Below, in pieces: positions 85,101-94,962 of a stretch of 248,000 nucleotides of DNA. The position numbers were made by a program, and so were the translations under genes. Every line of letters starts with the position of its first letter. Position 1 is the first letter of the stretch. The notes under the pieces were generated by a model, which saw only the letters and a program-made list of their open reading frames with translations, was not told the DNA's origin and did no database searches. The stretch is from Andalucia godoyi And28 (taxonomy: Eukaryota; Protista; Jakobida), in the NCBI GenBank assembly GCA_009859145.1, contig VRVR01000013.1:144001-392000 (forward strand). Reading direction: 5' to 3'.

Positions 85101-88100
85101 CCTGGGAAGTATATCGAAGACTTTTGGGGTCCTTCACAGAAGTTGCTTTCTGATGTGCACTTTTTGGACCGAATCCTTTCGTATGACAAGGATTCTATCA
85201 GTGATGCAATCATCGAGAAAATCAGACCGTATATCAAGAAGCCGGAATTCAAACCAGAAAAGGTTAGACGGGCATCGCTGGCTGCAGAAGGCCTATGTCG
85301 CTGGGTTCGTGCAATGGATACGTACTACAGAGTGAAGAAGGTTGTCGCTCCTAAACAAGCTGCGCTTCAACAAGCCGAGTCTCAGTATTCTCTTCTTCTC
85401 GAGAATCTACAGGAAAAACAGAAAATGCTTCTCTCCTTGCAAGACGATTTGGAAATGCTTGTTTCCAAACTGCAGAACGCAGAAAAGACGAAAACAGAAC
85501 TGGAAGGTCGCTTATCCACCGCAACGGCGCGCTTGGAGCGTGCAAAGAAGTTGTTGGTGCTTTTGGGCGACGAGAAGACTCGCTGGGGAGATTCTTTAAG
85601 CGCAGTTCAGCGTCGCCTTGATTCACTTGTGTGCGATTCTCTTTTGTGTGCCTCTTTGATTTCGTATGCTGGAAACTGTTCTGTGCGTCAGCGATCGATT
85701 CTTTCGCGTACCTTTGTTTCAGTGTGCGCTAGAAATTATTTGAATTCTTCGCTGGACTGTTTGTCGTCTGAAGATGACAGTGAGGATCGCAATGAGAATA
85801 TTCTTGCGCCTCTGCTTGGAGATCCTCTCGAAACACGAGAATGGATTCGCCAAGGTTTGCCGCCAGACTCCTTCTCCAATTCGAACGCTGTCATGTCAGA
85901 GCACTCCCTTTTGTGGCCTTTGTTTGTCGATCCGCAAGGACAGGCTAACGCATGGATTCGATCTCGCGAACAAGCAAACAGGCTCATGATTTTGCGCCAT
86001 GATGACGAATCGTTCTTGCGGAACTTGGAGAATGCCGTTGTGAACGGAGTGCCGTGCTTGGTGGAAAACTTTCCCAATTTCCTCGACGCCTCTCTTTCTG
86101 ATGTCTTCTCCGTCAAACTGTTTCGTCATCTGTTGTATCGAGATCAGACGGCCAGTGGCCCCCTGAATATTCAAATCGGGGATCATGATGTTGAGGTTCA
86201 CCCCTCGTTTCGTCTGTATCTGACAACCCGGGACACAAACTTTTCGCTCTCACCCGAAGATTACTCACGGGTGTGCGTAGTCAATTTCGGTGTCACGTTA
86301 GATGGCTTGCAGGATCAGCTGCTGACTATTTTGGTCTCAAAGGAACAGCCCAAGCTCTCGGACGAAAGAAATCGTCTCCTTCTTGAACAACAGAAGAACG
86401 CGGAATCTCTTCGTTCAGTGGAAGACAAAGTTCTGGATCTCATCGGTGGGTCTTCTTTCTCCAATCCGGAGGCTCTGTTGGATGATGAGGACCTTCTTGC
86501 CGCATTGAAGTCTTCAAAACAGTCTGCATTGGAAATTCAGGAACGTGTTCGGGATGCTGAACGAATGGCAGAAGAAATGGAAGCTGCTCGATCTCAGTAT
86601 CTTCCTTCTGCTCGGAATGCGTCAATCATGTTCTTTATTGTGGAGGATCTTCGCTCTGTGAATCATCTGTATGTTTTCTCTCTGCAGTGGTTCATTACTG
86701 TCATTTTGCGTTCTATCCAGGAGAGCAGAAACGGTCTTGCGGCTCCGCAACACCAGAGCCATGAAGAAGTGCAGAAACGTGTTTTGAAGTTGCAATCCCA
86801 CATGCTTCGCCTCTTTTATCGGTCGGTTTCTCGATCGCTGTTTGAAAAACACAGGCTTCTCTTTTCGCTGTTGATTGCACTTCGTCTTGGCTCCTGCGCA
86901 GGCTCAGTCGAGCCTGGTGATATGCGTCTTCTGATGGTCGGAACATCGTCAGTTTCGAGTTCTGAAGAAGTTGCGGAGACCGCAGATGATCCTTCGTTTG
87001 TTGGTCTAGATCCACACACCCGCCTTGTTCTTCGCAAACTACTGATGGATTGTTCGTTTGCCAAGGAGGTGATCACGAGCCTTCACGAAGCGAAATCCGA
87101 ATGGATGCGGTTTTTCCAATCCGAAGGTGATTTGCCGGAAACCTTTTGCCCGCTTTCTCCGCTGTCCTGCGCAAACGATTTTCGAAAGCTGTTAGTGTAC
87201 AGAATGTTTCGTCCGGAGTCAATGATGTTGCAGATTCGACGCTTTGTCATTTCATCTCTGGGCGAAGAGTTTCTGGAAAACTTTGCGTTCACTCTTCCAG
87301 AAGTCTACTCTGAAATGTCTCATGTCACTCCGTTGCTCCTTGTCATGGCTCCGGGCGTTGATCCGGTTGGTAAGCTTTTCAAGTTTGCAGAACAACTTGG
87401 TTTTGCCAGGAAATTCAAGTCGATCTCTCTTGGACAAGGACAAGGACCTGTTGCTGCTGCTCTCTTGCGTGACTGTGCGAAGAAAGGAGAGTGGCTTCTC
87501 CTGCAAAACTGTCATTTGGCGCAGTCTTGGTTGCCGCAGCTGAGTTCGATCGTGGAGAGTTTTGACGGAACCAAGATTTCGCCGGAGTTTAGGCTCTGGT
87601 TGACTACTTCGCAATCTGCCCCCATGCCAATTGCCATTCTGCAAATGAGCCTGAAAGCGACAATTGAGTCCCCTGTGGGGGTTGAATCTTCCCTGGTGCG
87701 AGCGGCTCTTGCTGAACCGGGCTTTATCGAGGAAGCCCATCCCCTTCTGCGTCGATTGTTGTATGGCTATGTGGCGCTTCATTCGATTGCATTAGAGCGT
87801 GCTCGATTCGGTTCAATCGGTTGGAATGTTCCGTATATGTTCGCAGAGTCAGATTTGAGTATTTCCCTCCGGCAATCGTTGTTATTGACTGCAATGATGA
87901 GCGAGGCTGAATCTTTGGGAACGATGAATTCAGCATCCACCACCTCCACAGTGAGGAAAATTAACGATTCCGATCGGGCGGAGCTCCCATTCCGGGCCCT
88001 GAGGTATCTTGCCGGTGAAATTAACTATGGTGGTCGTATCACCGACGAATGGGACCGTCGTCTCATGCAGACTCTCTGCGATACATACTTGTGTCAAGCT

Positions 88101-89213
88101 GTTGTTGCAGAAGATTCGCATGTGCTGATGTCTTCTGGATCGACTGCTGTGCTGAGGGTGCCTTCACAAGAGATTGTCAATCTTGAACAGTGCATCGATG
88201 GGCTGCGAAAGACAGCAGCATTCGGATCTTCTCCAGCATTTTCACCGGCGGAACTGTTGGGACTTCATTCCAACGCCGACATATCGAAGGCTCGCATGGA
88301 TGTCAGCTCTTTCTTTGATTCATTCGGATTAATCATGTCTGCTAAATCCAGTTCAAAGGGAGTTGTTGACAGCGATGGCTCGCAAACCTCTATCGTCTGT
88401 CAGACAGCAATGGATATCTTGTCCAAGCTCCCCACACAGCTTCCATCGTTTAAACAACTGGATTCAACAGTTGATTGCAGGAACACGTCCCTGATCCAGG
88501 AGGTTTTCCGATACAACCGCCTGCTGGAAACAATTCGGTCTTCCCTTTCGTCTCTTGTTCGTGCGCTGAATGGAGAAGAAGTGTTGACGGATGTGTTGAG
88601 CCAAACGGAAAAGGACATTTTTGTCGGGCGAGTTCCAAGGACCTGGGCCAATTCGTCGTTTCCCAGTTCCCGGCACCTCGGATCGTACATTTCGGATCTC
88701 ATCCGGCGTGTTGGGTTCATTCAAAGATGGCTCACGTCCGGTGCTCCAGCTGTCTTTTGGATGCCCGGACTGTTTTCTCCTCACAGCTTTATCTCATCGC
88801 TGCTGCAAAATCACGCACGAAAGCATCGGATACCAATTGACCGTCTCGTTCTTGACATGGAAGTCTTGACTGCAGATCTTCCATCGTCGCCTGCCGTCGA
88901 AGGATGTTATGTCTATGGATTCTTCTTGGAAGGAGCACGGTGGAACTCTGCAGAAAATGAGCTTTCGGAAAGCAACAATAAGGAACTCTTCGACGAATTA
89001 CCAACTCTGTTGCTGATCCCTCGGGAGTCTTTCCGACAATCCCCGCAGATGTACATTGCTCCGGTTTATCGAAATATTTTGAGACGAGGAGTGATGAGCA
89101 CTGCAGGTTATTCGACAAACTTTGTGATGTCCATGCGATTCCCCGTGCGAACAAAGCCTGTTTCTCACTGGATTCGCCGATCCGTCGCCGTTCTTATGGA
89201 TCCTTCGGCATAA
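76125..89213 (+). CDS. Axonemal inner-arm dynein heavy chain (DNAH1-like)
   Basis: GPAGTGKTETTKDL, CLDEFNR, six AAA modules, stalk, 4362 aa. Confidence 0.96.
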   Translation: MCFRYVLLLACVMSHSENTRDIPQRPTSQSSNSSQRNSGVDSKSESRLASAIQKISGQNEKIASDHRLAAAEKTRKHSSYEAPLQKVPKLLHARIPGTLKSMHSLNDSAFSTSFFADPPVMPSRNIVQLLDRARSPTDVSRVLNSSHGTRARSVDPSSSTSFRDGAVVDYGGQGLLENRPSSRSSVVSLLRRNSLSRNRNSSSRGSVRPGTSAGRLSEAPSSFIDVSNRRLHEKSAAASSSSSVIRGPRLTERIGSNFSPALAGSLATDSSVSVDELDIVDQVMAHLPLEYFDDPDYETMDLTRIISEAKENGMSVSGFTKFFRNDGEFSWEPCCIVDFDAVESLFHVVFTEFRDVNGNCLSKSVRRLNVRLADESEFWFASRVASAEGYRVEFEQQLRTQMYLDRLPDELVTQFPQSFLESIIERSRVSRSVPKSLRAFTENFVDEMVIDFSRAVKKAHIEYCRLSDPDLDRECRKLNLLPISTFVSVHRVPAPFSTVLMVPGMGPEVFEGKRRQVDAAFLLEPKVFSCISSLQDYLRQIRPLMFLPRFPEHLAQEDNTAGIRTVNWFDFEKLQISQLKENMALLASDWASSAESLILEYLFDDIDFYAQEIPRFRTTAAGKLENFVYFLMRNTVRRFVDDTLHVFHEFFAQYSLDSAATAPPSLTSIPLFYMVVGSENVSDGTSVLTFSPSLNAMQATVERYLADLCHLSGTSFLRMDSILFPVMGFSRSFIPSAEVSDASVVTVRDAVAAILMQNVDALNETFSQLKVLVDALSADCETFCEKFKGMDIRDSMQVQRLCGELERMREISVKVRFSLSSTLPCNMFFVDCTKLKDDLYKRAELLIRSLICCFQDSIMSESSRIVVESDALKQRILTIPKDPEDMVLIQRFVEDNRGAMAQVRTDVRNLQEVVDLSAAYHCELPAEPLKAFFAALECPLALSRSVDTAADIYEEKKSEFIDQLLKDNVELTGDFDSVVVEIDSFVEYTRLEDAAKASEFAAHVRTRLQDLESRSNLYRSRESLFNLHPTDRTLLVDLKKSFGPNDLLWSTAWAFLKVLPDWMDGPFVHLNAPEIDTSLKAWINAAHSASSSFKYRPQMLDLTTDLISKLSDFAVHLPLIKYLRHPGLKARHWKEIEAVIGINIPSDETVALSTILEKHLADSQIEQLRQIADTASREFALERSLDRMQNEWKTVVFSFSDFQMANVRTLTGVSAIMDLLDDHIVRTQSIISSPHVGPFLDRSQRWIVKLVRAQEILEVWMLCQKQYCYLQPVFSSEDIQKQLTAEAKRFSFVDRSFRRIMEDAFRHPNVLSFCSNDNLHKALSDNTQQLDAILAGLQDYLEIKRLSFPRLFFLSNDELLSVLSETKDPRRIQPHLRKCFEGIDAVNFDAGSRITAIHSKAGEQINLLTAVDPREHDNMVERWLRVLELSMQETIRLQIHSCLENRTRAVREEWLLQWPSQMVLLVSQIMWTREIAKCLEFEGRKGLARYVEVQEKQLRLLVELVRSKNALLPREMQTVGSMIVLDVHARDAVSQMIVEKVDSADDWSFLSQMRCYWDSEGAVRSSIRGDVKVRMMHVSLDYAYEYVGNQPRLVITPLTDRCFRTLMGALHVHLGGAPEGPAGTGKTETTKDLAKAIAKHCVVFNCSDGLDYVAMGKFFKGLVGAGSWCCLDEFNRIDPEVLSVVAQQILSIQQAVLGQKDIIVLEGTTLKIDSSCAVFITMNPGYAGRAELPDNLKALFRPVAMMVPDYTLISEISLLSSGFQSAKALSHKMVVLFKLCAEQLSPQTHYDYGMRAVKAVLNAAALFKSNSFDDEESILVRAIHAVNSPKFLEEDVALFNGIVADLFPHRSFEEKDVLLDRALQSAISERTLIPSDYFVAKCKQLVHTLEIRHGVMLVGLPMSGKSSAIRTVERVSVHLKNVPTICATVNPKSVSSHQLFGYLDSVTHEWRDGISSSIFRDLAISKDSSQKWLVFDGPVDSLWVESMNTVLDDNKKLCLVSGETIPMSPTMRILFEVRDLAGASPATVSRCGMVYLEPSQLGWRALAQSFLLRLKVAVVTGRITNTVEEDTVEMLPVQFLSEEEWVRLEVTFLGFCDTVLSSSVDFCHSADPQSSVANALMSSFLHLLDSSWTKGVDYDLLLLRDGLLLANTLVFACLWTFGASLDTMWKGKFEAVFRHSLAKFSPSLPFTFTGPLMDESLFDQCFCPETRRWTSWISYASPWNFVSSDEDVRSVRQVYVPTAVTCASLYLSNLLLSKGHSVLLKGAPSVGKSVIARTLMSKKSNDFVDIPIFLSGKVAPSDVQRRIELRLEKRRHGVYGPPLGKRAVAFVEDLHMPIPDSSGSKPPLELIRQCLDHGGWYDLKSSQFRRIEDMCFLGTFSVSRSKDGIEVSKNADDRLLRHFHSIVVDPVDSDSLTTLFVQAVCHVARRSSLMLLHDIVRSAIDLYGRMSHIFLPTPSRSHYVFGIKDLADVFDGLLHCWPSLTDAKDLASGKPLSRLWLHECARAFSDKLVCDSDLRAYAAAVAEVSKSFPLVLPLETVSIFAAHPTFFITSGPTDSYVECQNTADLYENIHSLLPNMAAATLKVGSSAQGNAYIPFSYSLEHVSRISRILGNVSGHALLVGVGGSGRRTCARLAARLRKFDVTEIVPSTKYSFREWRDDLKRIVSQTGSRSIRSVFLLTDDEVPRSDRAWEDVHLLLAVGEIQDLFADDEWPMLLEPLRQTAPQSHMERLKKMFWQNVRSHLRLVLCLSPSDMHRFREKLRLVPSLLRCCTIDWFHNWPSNALQAVAAQSVPSVLSYARDEVLNSAVVKCCVELHQSVESGVPSQFFLFLSSFAYLLMKGRKKLLFSKERYELGLTRLHDTEEVIQELQNAQELLFPVLEKTRRETLALMTSISAERGRVDETAKQVAIEEGFAAEQAEAQKSIRDECEQDLAKALPALEAALAALRSLDRSKIAEVKAMKNPSEGVRLVMETVCHMFDVPPSKISTDVPGKYIEDFWGPSQKLLSDVHFLDRILSYDKDSISDAIIEKIRPYIKKPEFKPEKVRRASLAAEGLCRWVRAMDTYYRVKKVVAPKQAALQQAESQYSLLLENLQEKQKMLLSLQDDLEMLVSKLQNAEKTKTELEGRLSTATARLERAKKLLVLLGDEKTRWGDSLSAVQRRLDSLVCDSLLCASLISYAGNCSVRQRSILSRTFVSVCARNYLNSSLDCLSSEDDSEDRNENILAPLLGDPLETREWIRQGLPPDSFSNSNAVMSEHSLLWPLFVDPQGQANAWIRSREQANRLMILRHDDESFLRNLENAVVNGVPCLVENFPNFLDASLSDVFSVKLFRHLLYRDQTASGPLNIQIGDHDVEVHPSFRLYLTTRDTNFSLSPEDYSRVCVVNFGVTLDGLQDQLLTILVSKEQPKLSDERNRLLLEQQKNAESLRSVEDKVLDLIGGSSFSNPEALLDDEDLLAALKSSKQSALEIQERVRDAERMAEEMEAARSQYLPSARNASIMFFIVEDLRSVNHLYVFSLQWFITVILRSIQESRNGLAAPQHQSHEEVQKRVLKLQSHMLRLFYRSVSRSLFEKHRLLFSLLIALRLGSCAGSVEPGDMRLLMVGTSSVSSSEEVAETADDPSFVGLDPHTRLVLRKLLMDCSFAKEVITSLHEAKSEWMRFFQSEGDLPETFCPLSPLSCANDFRKLLVYRMFRPESMMLQIRRFVISSLGEEFLENFAFTLPEVYSEMSHVTPLLLVMAPGVDPVGKLFKFAEQLGFARKFKSISLGQGQGPVAAALLRDCAKKGEWLLLQNCHLAQSWLPQLSSIVESFDGTKISPEFRLWLTTSQSAPMPIAILQMSLKATIESPVGVESSLVRAALAEPGFIEEAHPLLRRLLYGYVALHSIALERARFGSIGWNVPYMFAESDLSISLRQSLLLTAMMSEAESLGTMNSASTTSTVRKINDSDRAELPFRALRYLAGEINYGGRITDEWDRRLMQTLCDTYLCQAVVAEDSHVLMSSGSTAVLRVPSQEIVNLEQCIDGLRKTAAFGSSPAFSPAELLGLHSNADISKARMDVSSFFDSFGLIMSAKSSSKGVVDSDGSQTSIVCQTAMDILSKLPTQLPSFKQLDSTVDCRNTSLIQEVFRYNRLLETIRSSLSSLVRALNGEEVLTDVLSQTEKDIFVGRVPRTWANSSFPSSRHLGSYISDLIRRVGFIQRWLTSGAPAVFWMPGLFSPHSFISSLLQNHARKHRIPIDRLVLDMEVLTADLPSSPAVEGCYVYGFFLEGARWNSAENELSESNNKELFDELPTLLLIPRESFRQSPQMYIAPVYRNILRRGVMSTAGYSTNFVMSMRFPVRTKPVSHWIRRSVAVLMDPSA

Positions 89214-91806
89214 GTATTGTACTTCCCGCACGAAAGCTGCTGCTTTCGCGCATCGTTCCGAATGTTGTGAACATAAACATTTTCGTGGTTTTCTGAATGA
89301 ATTCCTTCCAAGTTCATTGCCTACCTCGGCCTCCTTGAAGTCTCACTCCGTTCATATCTCCAAGTATCATACCGACGATGACTGATTCTTTTTATCAAAA
89401 CCGCCTCTCGTGTTCTGACCAAGATGTCTTTGCGTATATGTTGACCAGTTTGTTGCATCGATTGACCTGCTTGGGAGCGGTAACAAAGCAAGGTCACAAA
89501 TTGGCTTTCCTGATATGATCAACACTCGCACATTTATTTTAAAATCCTAGGAACAGGTTTTATCACCACACAAATGGGAAAGAGCGAAGACAATTTCCGT
89601 GGAAAGCGGAAGCCGAAGATGGGGGGGTATGTAACAGCACATGTGGAGGGCCCGGAGTCATCAAAAATGGTTTTCAGAATTTTACGCATACAGCGACAAA
89701 AAAAGCCGTCACGACAGGATCCGCGTGTGCAAGAACCCCTCCTGCGCAGGCAGTTAAGCAGACAATCCAAGGACAAATCGCTCACAAACTGCAAGCTGCA
89801 GTCATCTCGCCCAGCAACGAAACAGCAGGAAAACACTGAACATTTCCCGGACTGTAAAAACATACGTCTTTGGAGTTGGATCGCAGACTCCTAAAATACA
89901 AAATTAAATTCACGAAGAATCCTGAATGCTCTGTCATGTGCAGATATTCCTGAGTAGTTAAATGAGGTGCCTCTGATTCAAGAAAGCCCGTTGCAAAGCA
90001 CTCTCAGAAATTTCATAGCATTTTTCGCTCTCTTTCTTTTAGCAAAGAGAACATCTTCAACCAGAATAAAGCAGACAGGTTTTTGTGCAGTGAAATCTCA
90101 AAGATTCACAGCTATTGAAACGTCGGTGACGACGGATCGACTTTTCCTTAAAAATTCGTCGGAGTAGTGTTTAAATCACAGTATGTTATCTTCTTGACAT
90201 TAACACGACATGTTGCAAGCATCGCGGTGATCCGCTGTATTGCAACACCACTGAGTTACTTACTTCCCTGTTCTGCATGTTGCATTTCTTGTACAACTTT
90301 TTTGACACCTGAATTTCGAAAACTGATTTCTGTGCGACGAATGGGCATCACTGCAAAAAGCTTAGTTAATTTCAAAATGCAGGGGCGTTGACATCTCTGC
90401 GCGGGGATGCCGAGTACTTTCGAAATGCGTTCTTCGTCTGGATTCCGATGCTTCATTCTTTTGTTACGTCGATTTTAAACACCATGTGCTTTTCATCAGC
90501 TCCTGGGTCTGTTCCGTCCTGATTTTTCGATTTTCCGATTTCCTTTTAGTTGTTGTGCACAGCTTTGTTGAGAAACAGTGTCTCAACGGACTGCAATCAA
90601 CTCCGGCAGGGTACGATCTCATGGATATTCGGTGCCGCATATGATGTGACGTATGTGCAGTATGACGTATATCATGACGGACGCGTTGACTTTTTTAAAT
90701 GACGTATGAGGTTTCAGAGGAACAGTACTCCGACTTCATATTTAAGAAGTTGTTTGTTTGTTTGGTTATTTGTTTGTTTTGCTTTCTTTGTTCTAAATCA
90801 CATTGACGCAAGCTATCTGTTATTATCCCTGGTCATGTCTTATATTTAATATATAACAATAAGGTTCCCTGTCTTTTAATTCGGAACTGTACCCTGATAT
90901 ACATTGTTTCGTTTCATTGTTTCGTGATTATATTTACCATTTGCAAGTTTTTTCACGTATCCTGTGAGGTGGATGCTTTCCGAAGTGCCCCCTCGCGTAA
91001 ACTCGGTTCGTGGTGATTTTGTGTCCGTTGTCTTTCTCCAGCATTGTCGACTTGCTAAAAGTTTGGCAGCTCTGTCTATTGTAGGTCTCTCAGTGATGTT
91101 CATTTTCATGCTTCCTTGGATGGTCGAGCCGATTACATCAGTGATGTTCCGTGATATCGTGGACTGTAATTTGGTTGTTGAACGTATCAGACTGACGGAT
91201 TCTTTCGAACAAACTGTTTTTGCTGGTTGCTTCGCCGTGTCGCTTTCCGGATTTGTCCTGTGCGTTCCTCATCTGCAGATTACTTCCCACTCTGACAAAG
91301 CAGAATGGCACTGATTCCGTCAAGAACAGTCAGTGTTTTGACAGTTTTTATTTCCTCTTTTTCCTGTTTACTGCGCATGCCGTTTTGGAATTTTTGAGCA
91401 ATACCATTTCTATCAAAGTCGATTCCATAGAACTTCGGCCATTGTCACTCCAACGAATGAGTGCTGATTCTCTGAAGCCCCTTTGCCAAACATGCTTCCC
91501 AATCTGCCTAGCCTGTGCTTGTTGTGTTCTCAGCGGCAACAGACGTGGTGGTACGTTTGTCTTGAGATTAACATAATTGTTATTTGTTGATTTGCTTGTG
91601 GCCCACACTCTGTTTCAAAATGTGTCCTGACGAATTTCCTTGGCCGGTCTCTGGTTTCTTCAATGACCAGCTTCTTATCGGGGGGGGGGGGGGGGGGGAT
91701 AGGTTCATCTGCTTTCTTTACTTTGCATCATGCGTATGAGAGGGAAGGAAGACATCATGCTCAAGAGCATGAATCGCCACAGAAGAAGAACATCTGTCGA
91801 AGCGTG

Positions 91807-92310
91807 TTACTCCACGGTCTTTCGGGAATGCAGAACCATTTGCGTGCATCGAAAGAGTGCCAAAGGTTTGTCCATCGCATCATTTCCAGCAACGAGTACA
91901 TCCCAAACATGAGTATTTCGTCCATGGTGAAGCAGCGTGCCCACTGCTGTGAGCTCTTTTCCGGCCACTGAACTGCGAAGAAAGTTTGTTTTCAATTCTA
92001 TCGTAGTAAAATTGCACCCGAGAGGAATGTGGGCAAAGCACCCAAAACCGGCCACAGAATCTGCAAAACTCACAATCGAGCCAGCATGAATGTATCCATT
92101 TGGAGCAACATGCTTATCTTGCACCAGCATCCTGCCTTCGATTCTTCCGCTTTCCACTGACGAAATGTGAAAACCGACTTCATTGCACCAGCCTATCTTC
92201 TCTCTTGTTCTAAATTCCGACAGCCATTCCGAAGAGGAGCGGCTAAGAAGGTTTTTGGAATGAGACAAACATCTCCGGAGCACAGCCATCTGCTTTAACT
92301 CTGGAAACAC
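91807..92310 (-). CDS. PaaI-family hotdog thioesterase
   Basis: NGYIHAG..ADS, TIELKTNFL. Confidence 0.85.
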   Translation of the reverse strand: MFPELKQMAVLRRCLSHSKNLLSRSSSEWLSEFRTREKIGWCNEVGFHISSVESGRIEGRMLVQDKHVAPNGYIHAGSIVSFADSVAGFGCFAHIPLGCNFTTIELKTNFLRSSVAGKELTAVGTLLHHGRNTHVWDVLVAGNDAMDKPLALFRCTQMVLHSRKTVE

Positions 92311-92604
92311 TCGACTAACGCGGCAGTTCTCGATTTCCGCGTCAAAGCCAAAGGTGAGGAAGGCTGAAAAATCGGGGAGATTTTCGTTGCAGTTGATACT
92401 GAAATTGATGCTGTTTTCGTTGTCAATTTGTCACTGTACCCAAATCACAATCCGTTGTTGCCCAAAAACGGATCGCGGTCCGATCGCGAAGCCCGCTTTT
92501 GTGACCGAATTCCGTTCCGACAAGTGATGAAATTTTCTGCGCCAAGAATTTTGCATTGTTCAGTCATCTGACCATATTCACCTCAAAATTGCTGTCACCC
92601 GACC

Positions 92605-94962
92605 TTGATCTCTCTTATGAGTTCCTCATCTTCGTCTTCTCGTCGTCGGCTGCCTGAAGGGAGGTTTTTATCAAGCGCACCATTCTCTTCTGTAGACTTT
92701 TTTCAGTCCCACGTGATTGTAGATGACATTGAGAGTGCTGCCGGTAAGAAGACCCTAATTGGACGTCTATGGAAAACGTTCTACAAAGGGTGTGCATCCA
92801 TTCATCGTTCGCAATATGTTCTTTTGGTTGCGCTTGGTGTTGTCACTGCGTTGATTTCTCTTGGATTGGATATAATGGTGAATTCTATGCTTCGTGTTCG
92901 GAAATTGTGGGTCAGAGAATTGGATTTTCCGTTCGGATTGATGACGTACATTATAGAATCAGTTTTTTTTGCATGCGTAGCATGTTGTTTTATCAAGTTT
93001 ATGGCACGCGAGGCGGCCGGTTCCGGAATTCCTGAGATGAAGTCAATCTTGTCCGGAGTGCATCTGCCACGATTTCTTGACTTTAGAACTCTGGTTGCCA
93101 AGTTTTTTGGGCTGGCGGCAGTATTTATGGCGGGAATCCCGATTGGGAAAGAGGGCCCTATGGTTCACATAGGTTCTTGCGTAGCGGAGCTCCTGATGCG
93201 ACATGTGCCCCTCTTTGCAAAGGTGTATCGATCAGAATTTGTCAGGTATCAAATATTATCTGTCGGCTGTGCAATTGGCATTGCAACAACATTCGGATCT
93301 CCATTTGGAGGAGTCCTTTTTGCTTTGGAGACCACCGCTACATATTTCCTTGTTTCAAACCTCTGGAAAGGTATATTGTGCACGACTTCTGGTGCCGTGC
93401 TTTTCTTTATTCTGAAGAACATCGCCGACCACGATCAGATGCTGAATCTCCTTCCTGCCTATATCCCACCCAAACCTTATGAGCAGCAAGAGTTGTTACT
93501 TTTCGCCTTTCTTGGGCTGTGCGGTGGCCTGCTCGGTGTCGGCATTGTGTTGACTATGCGCCAGTTTCTCCGAATCAGACGTATCTGGTCTCCTATCAAA
93601 GAAAGCATATTTGGAATCACTATTTTTGCCACCATTGCTTGCGCATTGCTCACATATCCTTTTGTGTTTATGCGAGGTACGACGCAACCTGAATTCATCT
93701 CTGCCATGCTTGCCAATCATCTTCCTGCAGAGTACTTGGATCCCAACAAGTTCCTGAATTTGGGCATCTTGTTTGTCGTCCAGTTCTTCTTAGTTACCCT
93801 GTGTGTTTCACTGCCCATACCGTTGGGAGTGTCTCGACCGGCTTCTTTGCTTGGTGCAATTATGGGTCGCATGATTGGCGAGTTCATGATGGATTATTTC
93901 CCGTGGTATTCGACAGCGATTACACCTTCCACCTACGCCTTGGTAGGTGCCACCGCCTGTGTTGCGTCCACGGCCCGGACCTTGTCAACAGCAGTGGTAA
94001 TTTTTGAATCCACTGGACATCTTGAAATGTTATTGCCTGTCTGCGTTGCCGTCACGATTGCCTATTTAGTGGGAAATGTATTTGTTCTTTCCTGCTATGA
94101 CACCGTCATCGAGCTTCGTAATCTTCCATTGATGACCGAGCCACAACCATCAAAGCAGTTTTCTCGTGGAATTGCAACGGATGTTATGATCAGACACCCG
94201 GATATCTATTTTCTAACACTGAAATCAACATTTCGCGATGTCGAACGTCTGCTGACTTCATCGCAACATTTTTCGTATCCTGTCGTTGTTTCGGATGTTG
94301 ACATGACGCTCGTTGGACTGGTTCAACGCTTTCATCTAGAAAACATGATCGAAGAATTTCAGAATCTTCACTTAGATGGCAAAGCCAAGTTGGAACGAAT
94401 CCAGTATGTGGAAGGTCAAATTCAAAGTTATGTGTGGGAGACTTTTCGTCCGTTGGACTCGGTAGAAGTGCCCTCCACTTCCGCTGAGGAGATGGTAGTT
94501 GATCCGTCATTTTCAGGACGTTCGGTACCTCGATCTGTTGTTGACAAGGCCCTCACAGGGCCAAAGTTGGAAACAACAGACGAGGTTGTGGAATCCCAGC
94601 ATTCGTTAATGAATTCTGAAGAGCAGAAGGATGATGTGGAGCGTGGTCTCCAAACGAATGCTAAAGATGAAGAAGAAGTTGCCCTCGATCGAACGATTCA
94701 AATTCAGTTTGAAAGAGAATTTCGTGTCTTGCAGTATCTTCGTGAAAATCGATATCTCTCTTCGAAACGGACAATCGACGTTCGGTGTGGCGTCCCGATT
94801 GACTTGGCACCGTTTGTCATGTCAGAACGGTCTCCATTGTACAAGATGCACTTTGCCTTCGCGATGATGGGCGTCAGTCATGCACTGATCGTCTCAGCAG
94901 GAAAATTGATTGGAGTAGTAACAAAGAAGGATTTGTTGAGCTTTATGAAAGCAAAAAAGTAG
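92605..94962 (+). CDS. CLC chloride channel/transporter
   Basis: GSGIPE, GKEGP, CBS domains. Confidence 0.93.
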   Translation: MISLMSSSSSSSRRRLPEGRFLSSAPFSSVDFFQSHVIVDDIESAAGKKTLIGRLWKTFYKGCASIHRSQYVLLVALGVVTALISLGLDIMVNSMLRVRKLWVRELDFPFGLMTYIIESVFFACVACCFIKFMAREAAGSGIPEMKSILSGVHLPRFLDFRTLVAKFFGLAAVFMAGIPIGKEGPMVHIGSCVAELLMRHVPLFAKVYRSEFVRYQILSVGCAIGIATTFGSPFGGVLFALETTATYFLVSNLWKGILCTTSGAVLFFILKNIADHDQMLNLLPAYIPPKPYEQQELLLFAFLGLCGGLLGVGIVLTMRQFLRIRRIWSPIKESIFGITIFATIACALLTYPFVFMRGTTQPEFISAMLANHLPAEYLDPNKFLNLGILFVVQFFLVTLCVSLPIPLGVSRPASLLGAIMGRMIGEFMMDYFPWYSTAITPSTYALVGATACVASTARTLSTAVVIFESTGHLEMLLPVCVAVTIAYLVGNVFVLSCYDTVIELRNLPLMTEPQPSKQFSRGIATDVMIRHPDIYFLTLKSTFRDVERLLTSSQHFSYPVVVSDVDMTLVGLVQRFHLENMIEEFQNLHLDGKAKLERIQYVEGQIQSYVWETFRPLDSVEVPSTSAEEMVVDPSFSGRSVPRSVVDKALTGPKLETTDEVVESQHSLMNSEEQKDDVERGLQTNAKDEEEVALDRTIQIQFEREFRVLQYLRENRYLSSKRTIDVRCGVPIDLAPFVMSERSPLYKMHFAFAMMGVSHALIVSAGKLIGVVTKKDLLSFMKAKK

